A stretch of DNA of 64,000 nt, taken from positions 32,001-96,000 of the forward strand of contig JANNVX010000041.1 of the NCBI GenBank assembly GCA_031414595.1, in the 5' to 3' direction. This document shows, one piece after another, positions 27,089 to 37,324 of this stretch (its first letter is position 1; the number at the start of each line of letters is the position of its first letter). A model generated the notes under the pieces. The model did no database searches, was not told the DNA's origin, and saw nothing but the letters and a program-made list of their open reading frames with translations. Both the position numbers and the translations under genes were made by a program. This DNA comes from Deinococcales bacterium. Lineage in GTDB: Bacteria; Deinococcota; Deinococci; Deinococcales; JAAFIG01.

Positions 27089-28174
27089 TTAAGATTGCAA
27101 GGCAGCACTCAGCAATTGGTGGAAGTGATGCACACAGGCTTCACGGGCTGGACTAAACCGCCCAGTGTTATAAAATCTCGAGCGAACCCCACGTTGTACC
27201 GCCTCAACCACCACTTCATCTTCGCGTTCAACTCGGTCTAAACCCGCCCCAGCCCCAGACTCGAGGCTACTTGCATCCCAGATATACGGTATAAAACTGA
27301 CCTTACAACGGTCATGAGATAGTGGGCGCACGACGTTAATACTGAGTCCCCACGGATAAAAATTCAGCATTATATTTGGAAACACCCAGTAGTAATAAGC
27401 CGCTATTTTCTGCCCATAATCTGGACTCGAGCGCGGCAAATCAAAAACGCTTTCACCACTGCTGGCAACCCCAAGTTGGAGATTGCACCAATCGTACTGT
27501 TCGGTGGTGTAACTGCCGTAATCTATGGCGGCGTTTAAGCTGGCATGAATATAGGGGATATGAAACCCCTCAAGGTAATTGTCGCAGTAGAGCGCCCAAT
27601 TTGCCCTGACCAAGTAATCTCGCGCCCTTGTTTGGTCAAAATAAAATTCTCGCAACGGCAACCAGCCGAGGCGGGCTTTAATCGGTGCAAGCATCGTCTC
27701 GAGACTGACGCTTGGATTGAGATTGACAAAGCCCAGTTTATCCCATGTTTCAAAAGCAATTTTAGGCAAATTGTCGGCTTGAGTCGGGAAATTCTGGACT
27801 GCTTCAAATTCGGGCATACTGTGGAAACAACCATCCAACCCAAACCGCCGCCCATGATAACGACAACGTAGAAAACGCTCTACGCCACCAGTTTCTGCCA
27901 CTAACATACCACGGTGGGTACAGACATTAGAAAGCCCGTGCAATTGGTCATTAAAATCCCGAGTCAGTAAAATCGGTTCGTCCAGACACCCTTCCAGAAC
28001 CGTGATGGGTTTCACACTTCCGGGGGCTTTTAGCTCGTCGGTATCACCAACAAATTGCCAAGACCGTGCAAAGATTTTTTCTTTAGACAACTCAAACATA
28101 CTTGGGTCTTTGTAAAAAGAACTGGGCAGTGTGGCGGCTTGGGTGATGTCTGGGTGAACCTCGAGTGATGACAT
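27089..28174 (-). CDS. Rieske non-heme iron oxygenase alpha subunit (choline monooxygenase-like)
   Basis: CTHRG...CRYHG Rieske motif, DNYLEGFHIPYIH iron site. Confidence 0.88.
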   Translation of the reverse strand: MSSLEVHPDITQAATLPSSFYKDPSMFELSKEKIFARSWQFVGDTDELKAPGSVKPITVLEGCLDEPILLTRDFNDQLHGLSNVCTHRGMLVAETGGVERFLRCRYHGRRFGLDGCFHSMPEFEAVQNFPTQADNLPKIAFETWDKLGFVNLNPSVSLETMLAPIKARLGWLPLREFYFDQTRARDYLVRANWALYCDNYLEGFHIPYIHASLNAAIDYGSYTTEQYDWCNLQLGVASSGESVFDLPRSSPDYGQKIAAYYYWVFPNIMLNFYPWGLSINVVRPLSHDRCKVSFIPYIWDASSLESGAGAGLDRVEREDEVVVEAVQRGVRSRFYNTGRFSPAREACVHHFHQLLSAALQS

Positions 28175-28178
28175 GGCG

Positions 28179-30104
28179 CTATTCTACACGCCTCAAATCT
28201 TTGGCAAAACGCACAAAAAACTCGAGCGAACTTGGGTTACTGAGCGCATCTGCATTCAGAACTTTATTGGCATCTGCGCCAAGCAGAATTTTGCGAATCG
28301 GTAACTCGAGTTTCTTACCGCTTAGGGTACGCGGGATTTCAGACACAACCAAAATTGCATCTGGAATTAAACGCGGTGATAATTCGCTGCGAATGGCGGT
28401 TTTTATGCGCTGCTCGAGGTCTGGCGTGAGGTTTTCGCCTTGGCGTAAAACCACAAAAAGCGGCATAAAAGAAGGTTTACCCATTTGCTCGAGGTCAATG
28501 ATTAAACTGTCCAGCACTTCGGGGATGCGTTCGACCACGTTGTAGACTTCGGCTGTTCCCATTCGTACACCACCTTTATTCAAGGTGGCATCGGAACGCC
28601 CATAAATAATGGCACTGCCTCGAGCCGTAATTTTGACCCAATCGCCGTGTCGCCAAACACCAGCATAATCAGCAAAATAACTCTCGAAGTACCGTTTGTT
28701 ACCCGTATCATTCCAGAATTTCACGGGCATACTTGGCATCGGCTTGGTCAGTACCAATTCGCCGACTGTCTCGAGAACGGCTCTCCCCTGCTCGTCAAAA
28801 CTTTGTACATCCGCTCCTAGACTGCGGCAGGATAACTCACCCGCCCAGACCGGACTCCATGGACTGCCCCCTAAAAAAGCACTGCATATATCTGTGCCGC
28901 CCGAGGTGCTAAAGAGTTGCAGATGATCGCCCACTTTCTCAAAAACAAAAGCAAAGCCATCCATCGAAAGCGGTGAGCCTGTGCTGCCGATAGCCCGTAA
29001 GTGTGATAGGTCAAAGGAGTTCTTTGGCTCGAGACCAAGTTTGATATTGCCATGCAGGTAAGCTGCCCCACAACCAAAAACCGTGATTTTGGCACGTTCG
29101 CACAAATGCCATAGAGCATCTGGGTTTGGATGGGTCGGTGAACCATCCCACAGCACAATGCTCGAGCCAACCAACAAGCCCGAAACAAGGTAATTCCACA
29201 TCATCCAACCGGTGGTGGTAAACCAAAAAAAGCGGTCTTTAGAGGTTAAATCAATTTGTAAACCCAAATGCTTGTAATGCTCAAGTAAAATCCCACCATG
29301 CCCATGGACAATTGGTTTGGGTAAGCCTGTTGTGCCACTCGAGTAAAGAATATAAAGCGGATGGTCAAATGGCACTGCTTCAAATTCGAGCGGGGCTTCT
29401 TGGGTCAGAAGCGAATCGAATTCTGCACCAAGGCGAATGGTTTTTTCTAAACTTGGTAAGGCATTCTCGAGGTCACTCACAAGACTGGTGCGGTCAAAGA
29501 ACTTGCCGTTATAGCTGTAACTGGTTGCCGCAAAGAGTATTTTAGGTTCAATCTGCGAGAACCTGTCCACCACGCTACCCAAACCCATCTCCAAGCTGGT
29601 GCTGCTCCAAATCGCACCCAGACTGGCGGTGGCTAAAAACGCCACAATCGCTTCGGGTGTGTTGCCAACATAAGCCGCGACCCTATCCCCTCGAGTCACC
29701 CCTAAAGAACGCAAATACGCCGCTAAACTCGAGACTTGAGACTTTAATTCTGCCCAAGAGATTTCAATGTAGTCCCCAGATTCATTCGCCGCAATCAGGG
29801 CTGGATTATCCGAATCTGAGCGTAAGCAGTGGGCGGCATAATTTAAGCTCGAGCCAGTAAACCACTGGGCATTGGGCATGATTCGCGCCTCGAGTACACT
29901 GCTATACGGTGTGCCATCCACCTTAAAAAAATCCCAGACCGATTCCCAAAAATCCTCAAGAAAATCCACGCTCCAAGTGTGCAGCGACGCATAATCCGAG
30001 AATTCAAGTCCTCGAGAAGCCTTCAAAAACGCTGCAAAAGCACTTAACTGACTCGAATCTCGAGATTCTGAGCTTGGCGACCAGAGTAATTGACCTTCCT
30101 GCAT
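28179..30104 (-). CDS. Acetoacetate-CoA ligase
   Basis: ILYSSGTTGLPKPIVH, TTGWMMWN, SGGTDIC, WRHGDW, GRSDATL. Confidence 0.92.
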   Translation of the reverse strand: MQEGQLLWSPSSESRDSSQLSAFAAFLKASRGLEFSDYASLHTWSVDFLEDFWESVWDFFKVDGTPYSSVLEARIMPNAQWFTGSSLNYAAHCLRSDSDNPALIAANESGDYIEISWAELKSQVSSLAAYLRSLGVTRGDRVAAYVGNTPEAIVAFLATASLGAIWSSTSLEMGLGSVVDRFSQIEPKILFAATSYSYNGKFFDRTSLVSDLENALPSLEKTIRLGAEFDSLLTQEAPLEFEAVPFDHPLYILYSSGTTGLPKPIVHGHGGILLEHYKHLGLQIDLTSKDRFFWFTTTGWMMWNYLVSGLLVGSSIVLWDGSPTHPNPDALWHLCERAKITVFGCGAAYLHGNIKLGLEPKNSFDLSHLRAIGSTGSPLSMDGFAFVFEKVGDHLQLFSTSGGTDICSAFLGGSPWSPVWAGELSCRSLGADVQSFDEQGRAVLETVGELVLTKPMPSMPVKFWNDTGNKRYFESYFADYAGVWRHGDWVKITARGSAIIYGRSDATLNKGGVRMGTAEVYNVVERIPEVLDSLIIDLEQMGKPSFMPLFVVLRQGENLTPDLEQRIKTAIRSELSPRLIPDAILVVSEIPRTLSGKKLELPIRKILLGADANKVLNADALSNPSSLEFFVRFAKDLRRVE

Positions 30105-30312
30105 GGCACAGTCTACTCGAGACTGAGGTTTAGTTACACATCGGTGCGCGAAAAAGCCTTACCCAGTACAAAATTACTCGAGAATCCCATGACTGCGCCA
30201 GTTAAGTACAGAATTAAGCTATTTTTTGCTGCTGCCACAGTGTCTATGATGAATTTCATGGTAAAAAACAATTTTGGGTTTAGACTGGACTTGCTTAACC
30301 CAAGGAGGTTTT

Positions 30313-31257
30313 ATGAAATTGTTTCATTGGCTCATCATTGGCGCATTGGCGCTTGTACTCGCATCTTGTGGTGGAACGCCCATCCCAGCCAAACCAAATG
30401 TGGCGGCAAAACCGGTTAGCAGCAACTTGAATGGCACAACTGCAACCGCCAAAAGAAACGGAATTCGTGGCAATGCCAAAGGTATTACTACTTTGATGGG
30501 TTTTGGACGCTTATTCAAAGCAGGTGCGCCGCTGACTCAAATGCTCAGTCAGGTCTTACCTCAATTGACCCAAACCCAAGTCATGGCAGCAACCAAAAGT
30601 ATCGGACTTGCCAAAGGTAACATGCAATTGCAAGCCGCATCAGGTTGCCTCAGTGGGACAATTAGCTCACCAATCAGCCGTTCGACCGATGCCGACGGTG
30701 ATGGTATCCCGGTTGAAGTCTTGGTGCTATTCTCTAATTGTGTCCTTGATTTAGGTGCTACACCAAATCCTGTTCTCAACGGCGCGATTTACATTAAAGA
30801 CGGCAATGATGCCAGCGCCACCAGCAGCTATACCGTGATTATAGACCTAACCATCAGCAACGGAGCAGACTCAATCAAACTTGGTCTGGGCGTAGATTAC
30901 ACTGCCCCTGCCACAATTGGTGGCGCACACGGATTCAACTTTGTAATTCAACTCAAATCAACCACGGCTGGGGTTGTTTCTGAGGTTGGCGTAGCCTTTA
31001 ATTCGACTTTTCAACCAACAACTGGAACAGACCCATTTGGTAACGGCACACTGAATTTTACTGGCACATATGCGGAAACCGCAGGCGCAGATTCTTACAG
31101 CTTTAATTTAACAGGTACAAACCTTGGAGTCGCTACAAGCTGTGATGACTTCAACGCTGGTACACTGCGGGTCGCCGATGCTGATAGTTTCTTCCAAGTC
31201 AATTACACCAGTTGCGGACATGGCACATACACAGGTGACACAACAGGCACATTCTAA
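30313..31257 (+). CDS. Hypothetical beta-rich lipoprotein
   Basis: AGGAGG SD, lipobox LASC, DADGDG motif, Thr/Gly-rich. Confidence 0.75.
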   Translation: MKLFHWLIIGALALVLASCGGTPIPAKPNVAAKPVSSNLNGTTATAKRNGIRGNAKGITTLMGFGRLFKAGAPLTQMLSQVLPQLTQTQVMAATKSIGLAKGNMQLQAASGCLSGTISSPISRSTDADGDGIPVEVLVLFSNCVLDLGATPNPVLNGAIYIKDGNDASATSSYTVIIDLTISNGADSIKLGLGVDYTAPATIGGAHGFNFVIQLKSTTAGVVSEVGVAFNSTFQPTTGTDPFGNGTLNFTGTYAETAGADSYSFNLTGTNLGVATSCDDFNAGTLRVADADSFFQVNYTSCGHGTYTGDTTGTF

Positions 31258-31263
31258 ACAACC

Positions 31264-31304
31264 AAAGAACCTCGAGCCATTAAGCTCGAGGTTCTTTTAT
31301 TTTT
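31264..31304 (+). terminator. Intrinsic terminator, 14-bp stem built on CTCGAG
   Basis: AAAGAACCTCGAGC-cattaa-GCTCGAGGTTCTTT then T-rich. Confidence 0.8.
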
Positions 31305-31535
31305 CCCCTGTGACGCATTTGTGAAACACAGGTACTTTAATCGGTGCGTATGCCAAAAATAGCATCCAAAAAAAGACATGACCTTTCTCAATGCTTAGGG
31401 AATTGATTGAACCACTGCATTTTTTGAAATTTTAACTCGAGTAGAGAAATGAGGAAGTTACTTGTGCTATCAACTGTTGACAAACGTTATAATTTGTTAC
31501 AATATGTTGGAGTCTGTAAAATTTAAGGAGGCAAT

Positions 31536-32828
31536 ATGAAAACATACTGGAAAGGTATTCTCGCAGCATCACTTTTGGGAGGGGCAACCGTGGCGGTGAT
31601 CACCTCGGTTTCGGCTCAGGGTGGCGTTACAATTCGGATTGGTTGTGGCACAGTTGGCAGTCAGCAAGCACTCTGTAAAACCGCCGCCGATAGATGGGCA
31701 GCCAAAACAGGTAACAAAGTTGATGTTGTGCCAAATGTGGCTTCGTCTAACGAGCGCTTGGCGTTATTTCAGCAGCAACTCTCGGCGGGTTCTTCGGATG
31801 TCGATGTCTATCAAATCGAAAACATCTGGCCTGGGCTGTTGGCAGACTATTTTGTGGACATGAAAGAGTATGTCTCAGAAGCTGCGCTGAAAGAGTTCTT
31901 TCCAAGTATGATTGAAGCCGATACCGTGGATGGGAAACTGGTCAATTTACCGTGGTATGGCGACGCTGGACTGCTGTATTACCGCAAAGACTTGCTCGAG
32001 AAATACGGCTACAAAACCCCACCGACAACGTGGGCGCAACTGACCTCGATGTCTACCAAAATCCAAGCTGGCGAGCGTAAAAGTAATCCAAATTTCTGGG
32101 GCTATGTCTGGCAGGGCAATTCCTATGAAGGGCTGACCTGCGATGCGCTCGAGTGGGTCTATTCGTATGGTGGCGGTACAATTGTCGATAAAGCTGGAAA
32201 TGTCACAATCAATAATCCTCGGGCGGCGGCGGCTTTGGATATGGCAGCCAAATGGGTTGGCACGATTTCGCCCAAGGGTGTGACCACCTATTCTGAAGAA
32301 GAATCTCGAGGTGTCTGGCAAGCGGGCAATGCGGCTTTTATGCGGAATTGGCCCTATGCCTACACCCTTGGCAACGGCGACTCGAGTCCAATTAAAAATA
32401 AGTTTGATGTCACGGTTCTACCAAAAGGACCTGGTACAGCCGGACGCAACGCCGCAACTTTTGGTGGACATAGCTTAGCGGTTAATCGTTTTTCTAAGAA
32501 CGCCAAAGCTGCCGCCGATTTGGTGGTCTACATGACCAGTGCCGAAGTCCAAAAAGAACGGGCAATCGTGGCTGGCTATAACCCATCACGCCCCGCAATT
32601 TATAAAGATGCCGATGTCTTAAAAGCCAATCCATTCTTGGGTCGTTTGTTCAATGTCTTTACCAGTGCTGTGGTGCGCCCAACCACGGTCACAGCCACCA
32701 AATACCCTCGAGTTTCTGAAGCCTTCTGGAATGCTTCCAATTCGGTTTTGACCGGTAAAACCAAAGCTGCACCAGCCCTAAAAGCCCTTGAGGATGAACT
32801 CAAACGCATTAAAGGCGCAAAGTGGTAA
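31536..32828 (+). CDS. Trehalose/maltose-type ABC substrate-binding protein
   Basis: DAGLLYYRKDLL, WQGNSYEGLTCD, FMRNWPYA. Confidence 0.88.
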   Translation: MKTYWKGILAASLLGGATVAVITSVSAQGGVTIRIGCGTVGSQQALCKTAADRWAAKTGNKVDVVPNVASSNERLALFQQQLSAGSSDVDVYQIENIWPGLLADYFVDMKEYVSEAALKEFFPSMIEADTVDGKLVNLPWYGDAGLLYYRKDLLEKYGYKTPPTTWAQLTSMSTKIQAGERKSNPNFWGYVWQGNSYEGLTCDALEWVYSYGGGTIVDKAGNVTINNPRAAAALDMAAKWVGTISPKGVTTYSEEESRGVWQAGNAAFMRNWPYAYTLGNGDSSPIKNKFDVTVLPKGPGTAGRNAATFGGHSLAVNRFSKNAKAAADLVVYMTSAEVQKERAIVAGYNPSRPAIYKDADVLKANPFLGRLFNVFTSAVVRPTTVTATKYPRVSEAFWNASNSVLTGKTKAAPALKALEDELKRIKGAKW

Positions 32829-32846
32829 AGCGCTGACCTCCTCCTT

Positions 32847-32875
32847 CCTGCTCGAGCAACCTCGAGCAGGTTTTT
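32847..32875 (+). terminator. Hairpin after the binding-protein gene, built on CTCGAG
   Basis: CCTGCTCGAG-caac-CTCGAGCAGG-TTTTT. Confidence 0.75.
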
Positions 32876-32905
32876 CTATTGTGTCATTCAAGTCAAGGAA
32901 TCATT

Positions 32906-33814
32906 GTGCTGAATCAAAAGAATCCAAAAAAACGCTATTCACTCGAGGCGTGGCGCACCCGTACTGCTTGGCTTTTTTTAGCGCCTAGTTTAGTTATTTT
33001 GTTACTGGTGGCGGCGTACCCGTTGTTTCGGACTTTTCAACTGAGTTTTTTTGATGTCAGTATCTTAAAATTTCCGTTGCAAGCCACTTGGGTTGGTTTT
33101 GATAACTACGTAGCACTCTTTAGCGACCCACGCTGGTGGCGTTCGGTCTGGAACACCGTGGTTTTTACCTTTTATTCGGTTGGCTTAGAAACTGTGCTGG
33201 GTTTAATTATTGCCTTGATTGTCCACAGCGAATTTCGTGGGCGCGGTTTGGTTCGCACCGCCATGCTTGTGCCGTGGGCGATTCCGGGCGTGGTCTCGAG
33301 CCAGATGTGGCGTTGGATGCTCAACGATGTCTACGGTGTGATTAACGACCTTTTTATGCGCTTGCGGATTATTAAAACACCGATGGCGTGGTTAGCTGAG
33401 CCAGCTTTGGTGCTGCCAGCCTTAATCATGATTGATGTCTGGAAAACCACACCGTTTATGGCACTGATTTTATTGGCGGGTTTACAGGGTATCCCCAAAG
33501 AACTCTACGAGGCGGCTCGAGTCGACGGAGCAAGTCCTGTACAACAATTTTGGCGAATTACCATGCCGCTTTTGCGCCCAAGTTTACTGGTGGCTTTAAT
33601 TTTTAGAACCCTCGATGCGTTGCGCGTTTTTGATATGATTTATATCGTGGCTGGCACACAAGTCGAAACCATCAGTATGTCTATTTATGCCCGTCAGCAA
33701 CTGATTAGCTTTGGTTCGCTTGGTTACGGGTCGGCAGTTGCAGCAGGGATTTTCTTAATTCTGGCGATGTACATCAGTGTTTATTTGGTGACGCTCAAAG
33801 TCGAGGTTAAATAA
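32906..33814 (+). CDS. Sugar ABC permease (MalF-like)
   Basis: [21 protein letters not shown] start after AAGGA. Confidence 0.92.
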   Translation: MLNQKNPKKRYSLEAWRTRTAWLFLAPSLVILLLVAAYPLFRTFQLSFFDVSILKFPLQATWVGFDNYVALFSDPRWWRSVWNTVVFTFYSVGLETVLGLIIALIVHSEFRGRGLVRTAMLVPWAIPGVVSSQMWRWMLNDVYGVINDLFMRLRIIKTPMAWLAEPALVLPALIMIDVWKTTPFMALILLAGLQGIPKELYEAARVDGASPVQQFWRITMPLLRPSLLVALIFRTLDALRVFDMIYIVAGTQVETISMSIYARQQLISFGSLGYGSAVAAGIFLILAMYISVYLVTLKVEVK

Positions 33815-34668
33815 TGCGCCGTCAAAAGCTGACCATTCAAGGTTTTTTAGCCAAATCGCTGTTTATTTTTGGTGTTGGTGTGCTGCTGTTCTACTTATTG
33901 TTTCCGTTTTATTGGGCAATTGTCAGTTCCTTAAAATCCTCAAATCAATTGTTTGCCACACCGATTACTTACTTTCCGCCCACACCACAATGGGCAAATT
34001 ACCAAACGATTTTTACCACTCAACCATTCGGGCGCTTTTTATTAAATTCGTTTTTGGTGGCGGGCGGTACAACTTTATTATCGCTGTTTATCGGCTTATT
34101 TGCTGCTTATGCGATAGGGCGCTTTTCTTTTCGCGGGCGACAACCGATTTACTACACGATGTTAGCCGTCACGATGTTCCCTTCAATTAGTGTGCTGGGT
34201 GGCTTATTTGTTTTGGTGCGTGGCTTGGGGCTATATGATTCGATTCCGGGGTTAATTCTGACCTATTTACTTTTTACCCTGCCATTTACGATTTGGATTC
34301 TGACCAGTTTTGTCCGAGAAATCCCGATTGAACTCGAGGAAGCCGCTTATATCGATGGCGCAACCCCAGTCCAAGCGCTATTTAAGGTGATGCTGCCCGT
34401 GATTGCTCCGGGGATGGTCACGGCGGGACTACTGGCGTTTATTCAGGCTTGGAATGAGTTTTTATTTGCCCTGACTTTTACAGTCAATGAACGCTCGAGA
34501 ACCGTGCCTGTGGCGATTGCGCTTTTTAGCGGCACAAGCAGCTTTGAATTGCCGTGGAATCAGATTATGGCAGCTTCGGTGGTGGTGACTGTGCCATTGT
34601 TGGTGCTAGTATTGATTTTCCAACAACGAATCGTGGCGGGTTTAACGGCTGGGGCGGTTAAAGGATAA
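33814..34668 (+). CDS. Sugar ABC permease (MalG-like)
   Basis: [28 protein letters not shown]. Confidence 0.92.
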   Translation: MRRQKLTIQGFLAKSLFIFGVGVLLFYLLFPFYWAIVSSLKSSNQLFATPITYFPPTPQWANYQTIFTTQPFGRFLLNSFLVAGGTTLLSLFIGLFAAYAIGRFSFRGRQPIYYTMLAVTMFPSISVLGGLFVLVRGLGLYDSIPGLILTYLLFTLPFTIWILTSFVREIPIELEEAAYIDGATPVQALFKVMLPVIAPGMVTAGLLAFIQAWNEFLFALTFTVNERSRTVPVAIALFSGTSSFELPWNQIMAASVVVTVPLLVLVLIFQQRIVAGLTAGAVKG

Positions 34669-34670
34669 TC

Positions 34671-35426
34671 ATGCAGAACTTAGTTGTACTGGTCACAGGA
34701 GCGGCTGGTGGTATTGGCTCGAGTATCAGCGAACAGTTTGTGCTGGCTGGTGCTTCCGTGGGCTTACTCGACCGTGCTGGAGAGGCATTAAACCAACTCG
34801 AGGCACGGCTACAAGGTTTGGGTGGACAGGTGCTGGCGCTACCCACCGATATTACCAGTGCTGCTCAGGTCTCGAGGGCGGTTGATTTGGCAGTGGCACA
34901 CTTTGGGGGTTTAACAACCTTGGTCAATGCGGTTGGTTTGTTGCGCCAAGGACTGGTGGATGAAATGCTCGAGACTGATTGGGACGACCTCATGGCAGTC
35001 AATGTTAAAGGTGTGTTTTTAGCCTGTAAATATGGTGTGCCAGCCTTAAAAGTGGCGGGTGGGTCAATCACCAATCTTTCTTCGGTTTCGGCATTTGTGG
35101 GTTCAACAGGTAGTTTTGCCTACAGCGCCAGCAAAGGCGCGGTTTTAAGCCTAACGTATGGGCTTGCCCAAGAACTCGCGCCATTTGGGATTCGGGTCAA
35201 CGCCATTTGCCCCGGTTGGGTCGATGCTGGGTTTACGCACCAAGCAATGCAAGCGGCTACCGACCCAAGTAGGCTGCTCGATCAAGCCAAAAATGCCCAT
35301 GTGTTGGGGCGAATGGCAGCCCCAAGCGAAATTGCCGAGGCAGTGATTTTTTTGTCTTCAAAAGCCGCTTCGTTTATTACGGGAACGGCTTTGAATGTAG
35401 ACGGCGGCTTTATGATTAAACGCTAA
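34671..35426 (+). CDS. SDR family oxidoreductase
   Basis: TGAAGGIG, YSASK, RVNAICPG. Confidence 0.92.
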   Translation: MQNLVVLVTGAAGGIGSSISEQFVLAGASVGLLDRAGEALNQLEARLQGLGGQVLALPTDITSAAQVSRAVDLAVAHFGGLTTLVNAVGLLRQGLVDEMLETDWDDLMAVNVKGVFLACKYGVPALKVAGGSITNLSSVSAFVGSTGSFAYSASKGAVLSLTYGLAQELAPFGIRVNAICPGWVDAGFTHQAMQAATDPSRLLDQAKNAHVLGRMAAPSEIAEAVIFLSSKAASFITGTALNVDGGFMIKR

Positions 35427-36220
35427 CGCGCAATGCGTACATCAATGCCGATGGCTCGTAAACTCGAGACAGCTTCACTTGGCGCAGCCGCATCGGTGAT
35501 AATCGTTTGAATTTGGGTCAGTGGCAACAACAACGACAACGAACGCTGCCCAAATTTACTCGAGTCGAGCATCAAAATAACGTGGTCTACACTGGCTGCC
35601 ATGGCACGTTTAACTTGAATCTCGAGCAGGTTGGGGTCGGTCACACCACCTTCTAAAGTCATGCCACTGGCGCTCAAAAAAAGGGTTTTACCACGTATCT
35701 CACGAAAAAAATGTTCGGCTTGTGGTCCGACAAAGGTATGCGAAACTTCGCGCAGAATCCCGCCGCAACACATCACACTTAAATCTGGCAATAAAGATGC
35801 GGCTTCATTGACCGTCTCGAGTCCGTTGGTCATGATTGTTAAGTGCTTATGGCGCAAGTGCTTGACCATTGCCGACACGGTTGTGCCAGCCTCGAGAATA
35901 ATAAAATCGCCATCTTTGATAAAGTTCTGGGCGGCATATTTGGCAATTTGTTCTTTTTGTTTTTTATGGACTTGGCGTTTGGCAAAATAAACTGGCTCGT
36001 TGCTGTTTTCGCTTTCGGCTTGGACTGCGCCACCACGCACAAAACGCAATTTTCCTAGCGTCTCGAGGGTTTTTAAGTCACGGTAAATGGTCATATGTGA
36101 AACCGCAAATTGCTGGCTCAGTTGTTCGGCACTGACCGTGCCTTGGGTCACAACCAAGTCGGCAATCATCGCACGGCGTTGTTCGGTTAGAATTTTGTTG
36201 GCGACCTTGCTACTTTGCAT
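35423..36220 (-). CDS. DeoR/GlpR family transcriptional regulator
   Basis: VSHMTIYRDL HTH, LEAGTT, DSSKFG. Confidence 0.92.
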   Translation of the reverse strand: MQSSKVANKILTEQRRAMIADLVVTQGTVSAEQLSQQFAVSHMTIYRDLKTLETLGKLRFVRGGAVQAESENSNEPVYFAKRQVHKKQKEQIAKYAAQNFIKDGDFIILEAGTTVSAMVKHLRHKHLTIMTNGLETVNEAASLLPDLSVMCCGGILREVSHTFVGPQAEHFFREIRGKTLFLSASGMTLEGGVTDPNLLEIQVKRAMAASVDHVILMLDSSKFGQRSLSLLLPLTQIQTIITDAAAPSEAVSSLRAIGIDVRIAR

Positions 36221-36362
36221 AGAATTTTCCTTGGTCAGAATAACGTGTTTACGGGTGTTGGGTCAATTTTTTCCAAAACAACTTGTTAAGCTGTTAAATC
36301 TTGTTATATAATGTGACAATTCGTTGCCATGATACACCATTTTTTATAAAGGACGACATCGT

Positions 36363-36941
36363 ATGGATTATCTTAAACACTTTGACCTGAACAGCGCCCA
36401 AATAGAATCCATGACGCGAACCGAACGCCATCTTAGTCAACTTGAAGGTTGTTTTACAGATACTGGTGCTTACCACGCCGCCTTGCTACAAGACGACCCA
36501 ATTGTTTACAGCGTCTCAAGTTATGAACCTGCTAATGGCAATGGCGATTTACACATTGGGCTTGGGCGAATCATGCCCGGTAAAATCGGCAACGAATACT
36601 ATTTAACCCGTGGTCATTTGCATTCTTGGCGCGAAGCCGCCGAAATTTATATCGGTCTAAGCGGCACTGGGCAAATGCTGCTCGAGGGTCAAGATGGTAC
36701 TGCTTCTAGTCTGACACTGACCCAAAACAGCTTTGTCTATGTACCTGGTCATACAGCGCACCGCACGGTCAACACTGGCTCGAGTCCGCTTTTGTATTTG
36801 GGAATTTATCCTGCCAAGGCTGGACATGATTACGCGGCAATTGCCAAAGATAATTTTCGCCAAGTTGTGCTTGAAGTGGCTGGACAAGCCCAAACCATGC
36901 TGCGCCAGACATGGCTCGAGTCTAAAGGAGCAGCCCGATGA
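36363..36941 (+). CDS. Cupin-type (archaeal PgiA-like) glucose-6-phosphate isomerase
   Basis: EYYLTRGHLH, EIYIGLSG, YVPGHTAHRTVNTG, AGHDY. Confidence 0.85.
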   Translation: MDYLKHFDLNSAQIESMTRTERHLSQLEGCFTDTGAYHAALLQDDPIVYSVSSYEPANGNGDLHIGLGRIMPGKIGNEYYLTRGHLHSWREAAEIYIGLSGTGQMLLEGQDGTASSLTLTQNSFVYVPGHTAHRTVNTGSSPLLYLGIYPAKAGHDYAAIAKDNFRQVVLEVAGQAQTMLRQTWLESKGAAR

Positions 36942-37324
36942 GTTATGTCACCAAGCCGATTCCAGAAAATAAGCCAGAAGTGGATTTTGTCACCCGTCCA
37001 TGGGGTTCGTTTAAGCAGTACGCCAATAATACCGAAACGACCGTCAGCCTGATGACGGTGCTACCCAATCAGCGCCTAAGTTTACAATCACACACGGCTC
37101 GAAGCGAACTTTGGATTGTTTTAGATGATGGCGCAGAAGTGCAAATTAACGAGACTGTGCTGCATCCAAAAGCGGGTGATGAACTTTGGATTCCAGCGCT
37201 GGCGCGGCATCGGCTCTCGAGCCTTGGCGCGACCGTGCGGGTTCTCGAGGTGGCGTTTGGCAATTGGCAGCAAGCCGATATTGCCCGTTTTGCTGATGAT
37301 TACGCCCGAGGAGACAAGCCGTGA
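36938..37324 (+). CDS. Phosphomannose isomerase type II C-terminal cupin (stand-alone)
   Basis: RPWGSF, RLSLQSH..RSELW, EVAFG...DIARF.DDY. Confidence 0.85.
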   Translation: MSYVTKPIPENKPEVDFVTRPWGSFKQYANNTETTVSLMTVLPNQRLSLQSHTARSELWIVLDDGAEVQINETVLHPKAGDELWIPALARHRLSSLGATVRVLEVAFGNWQQADIARFADDYARGDKP

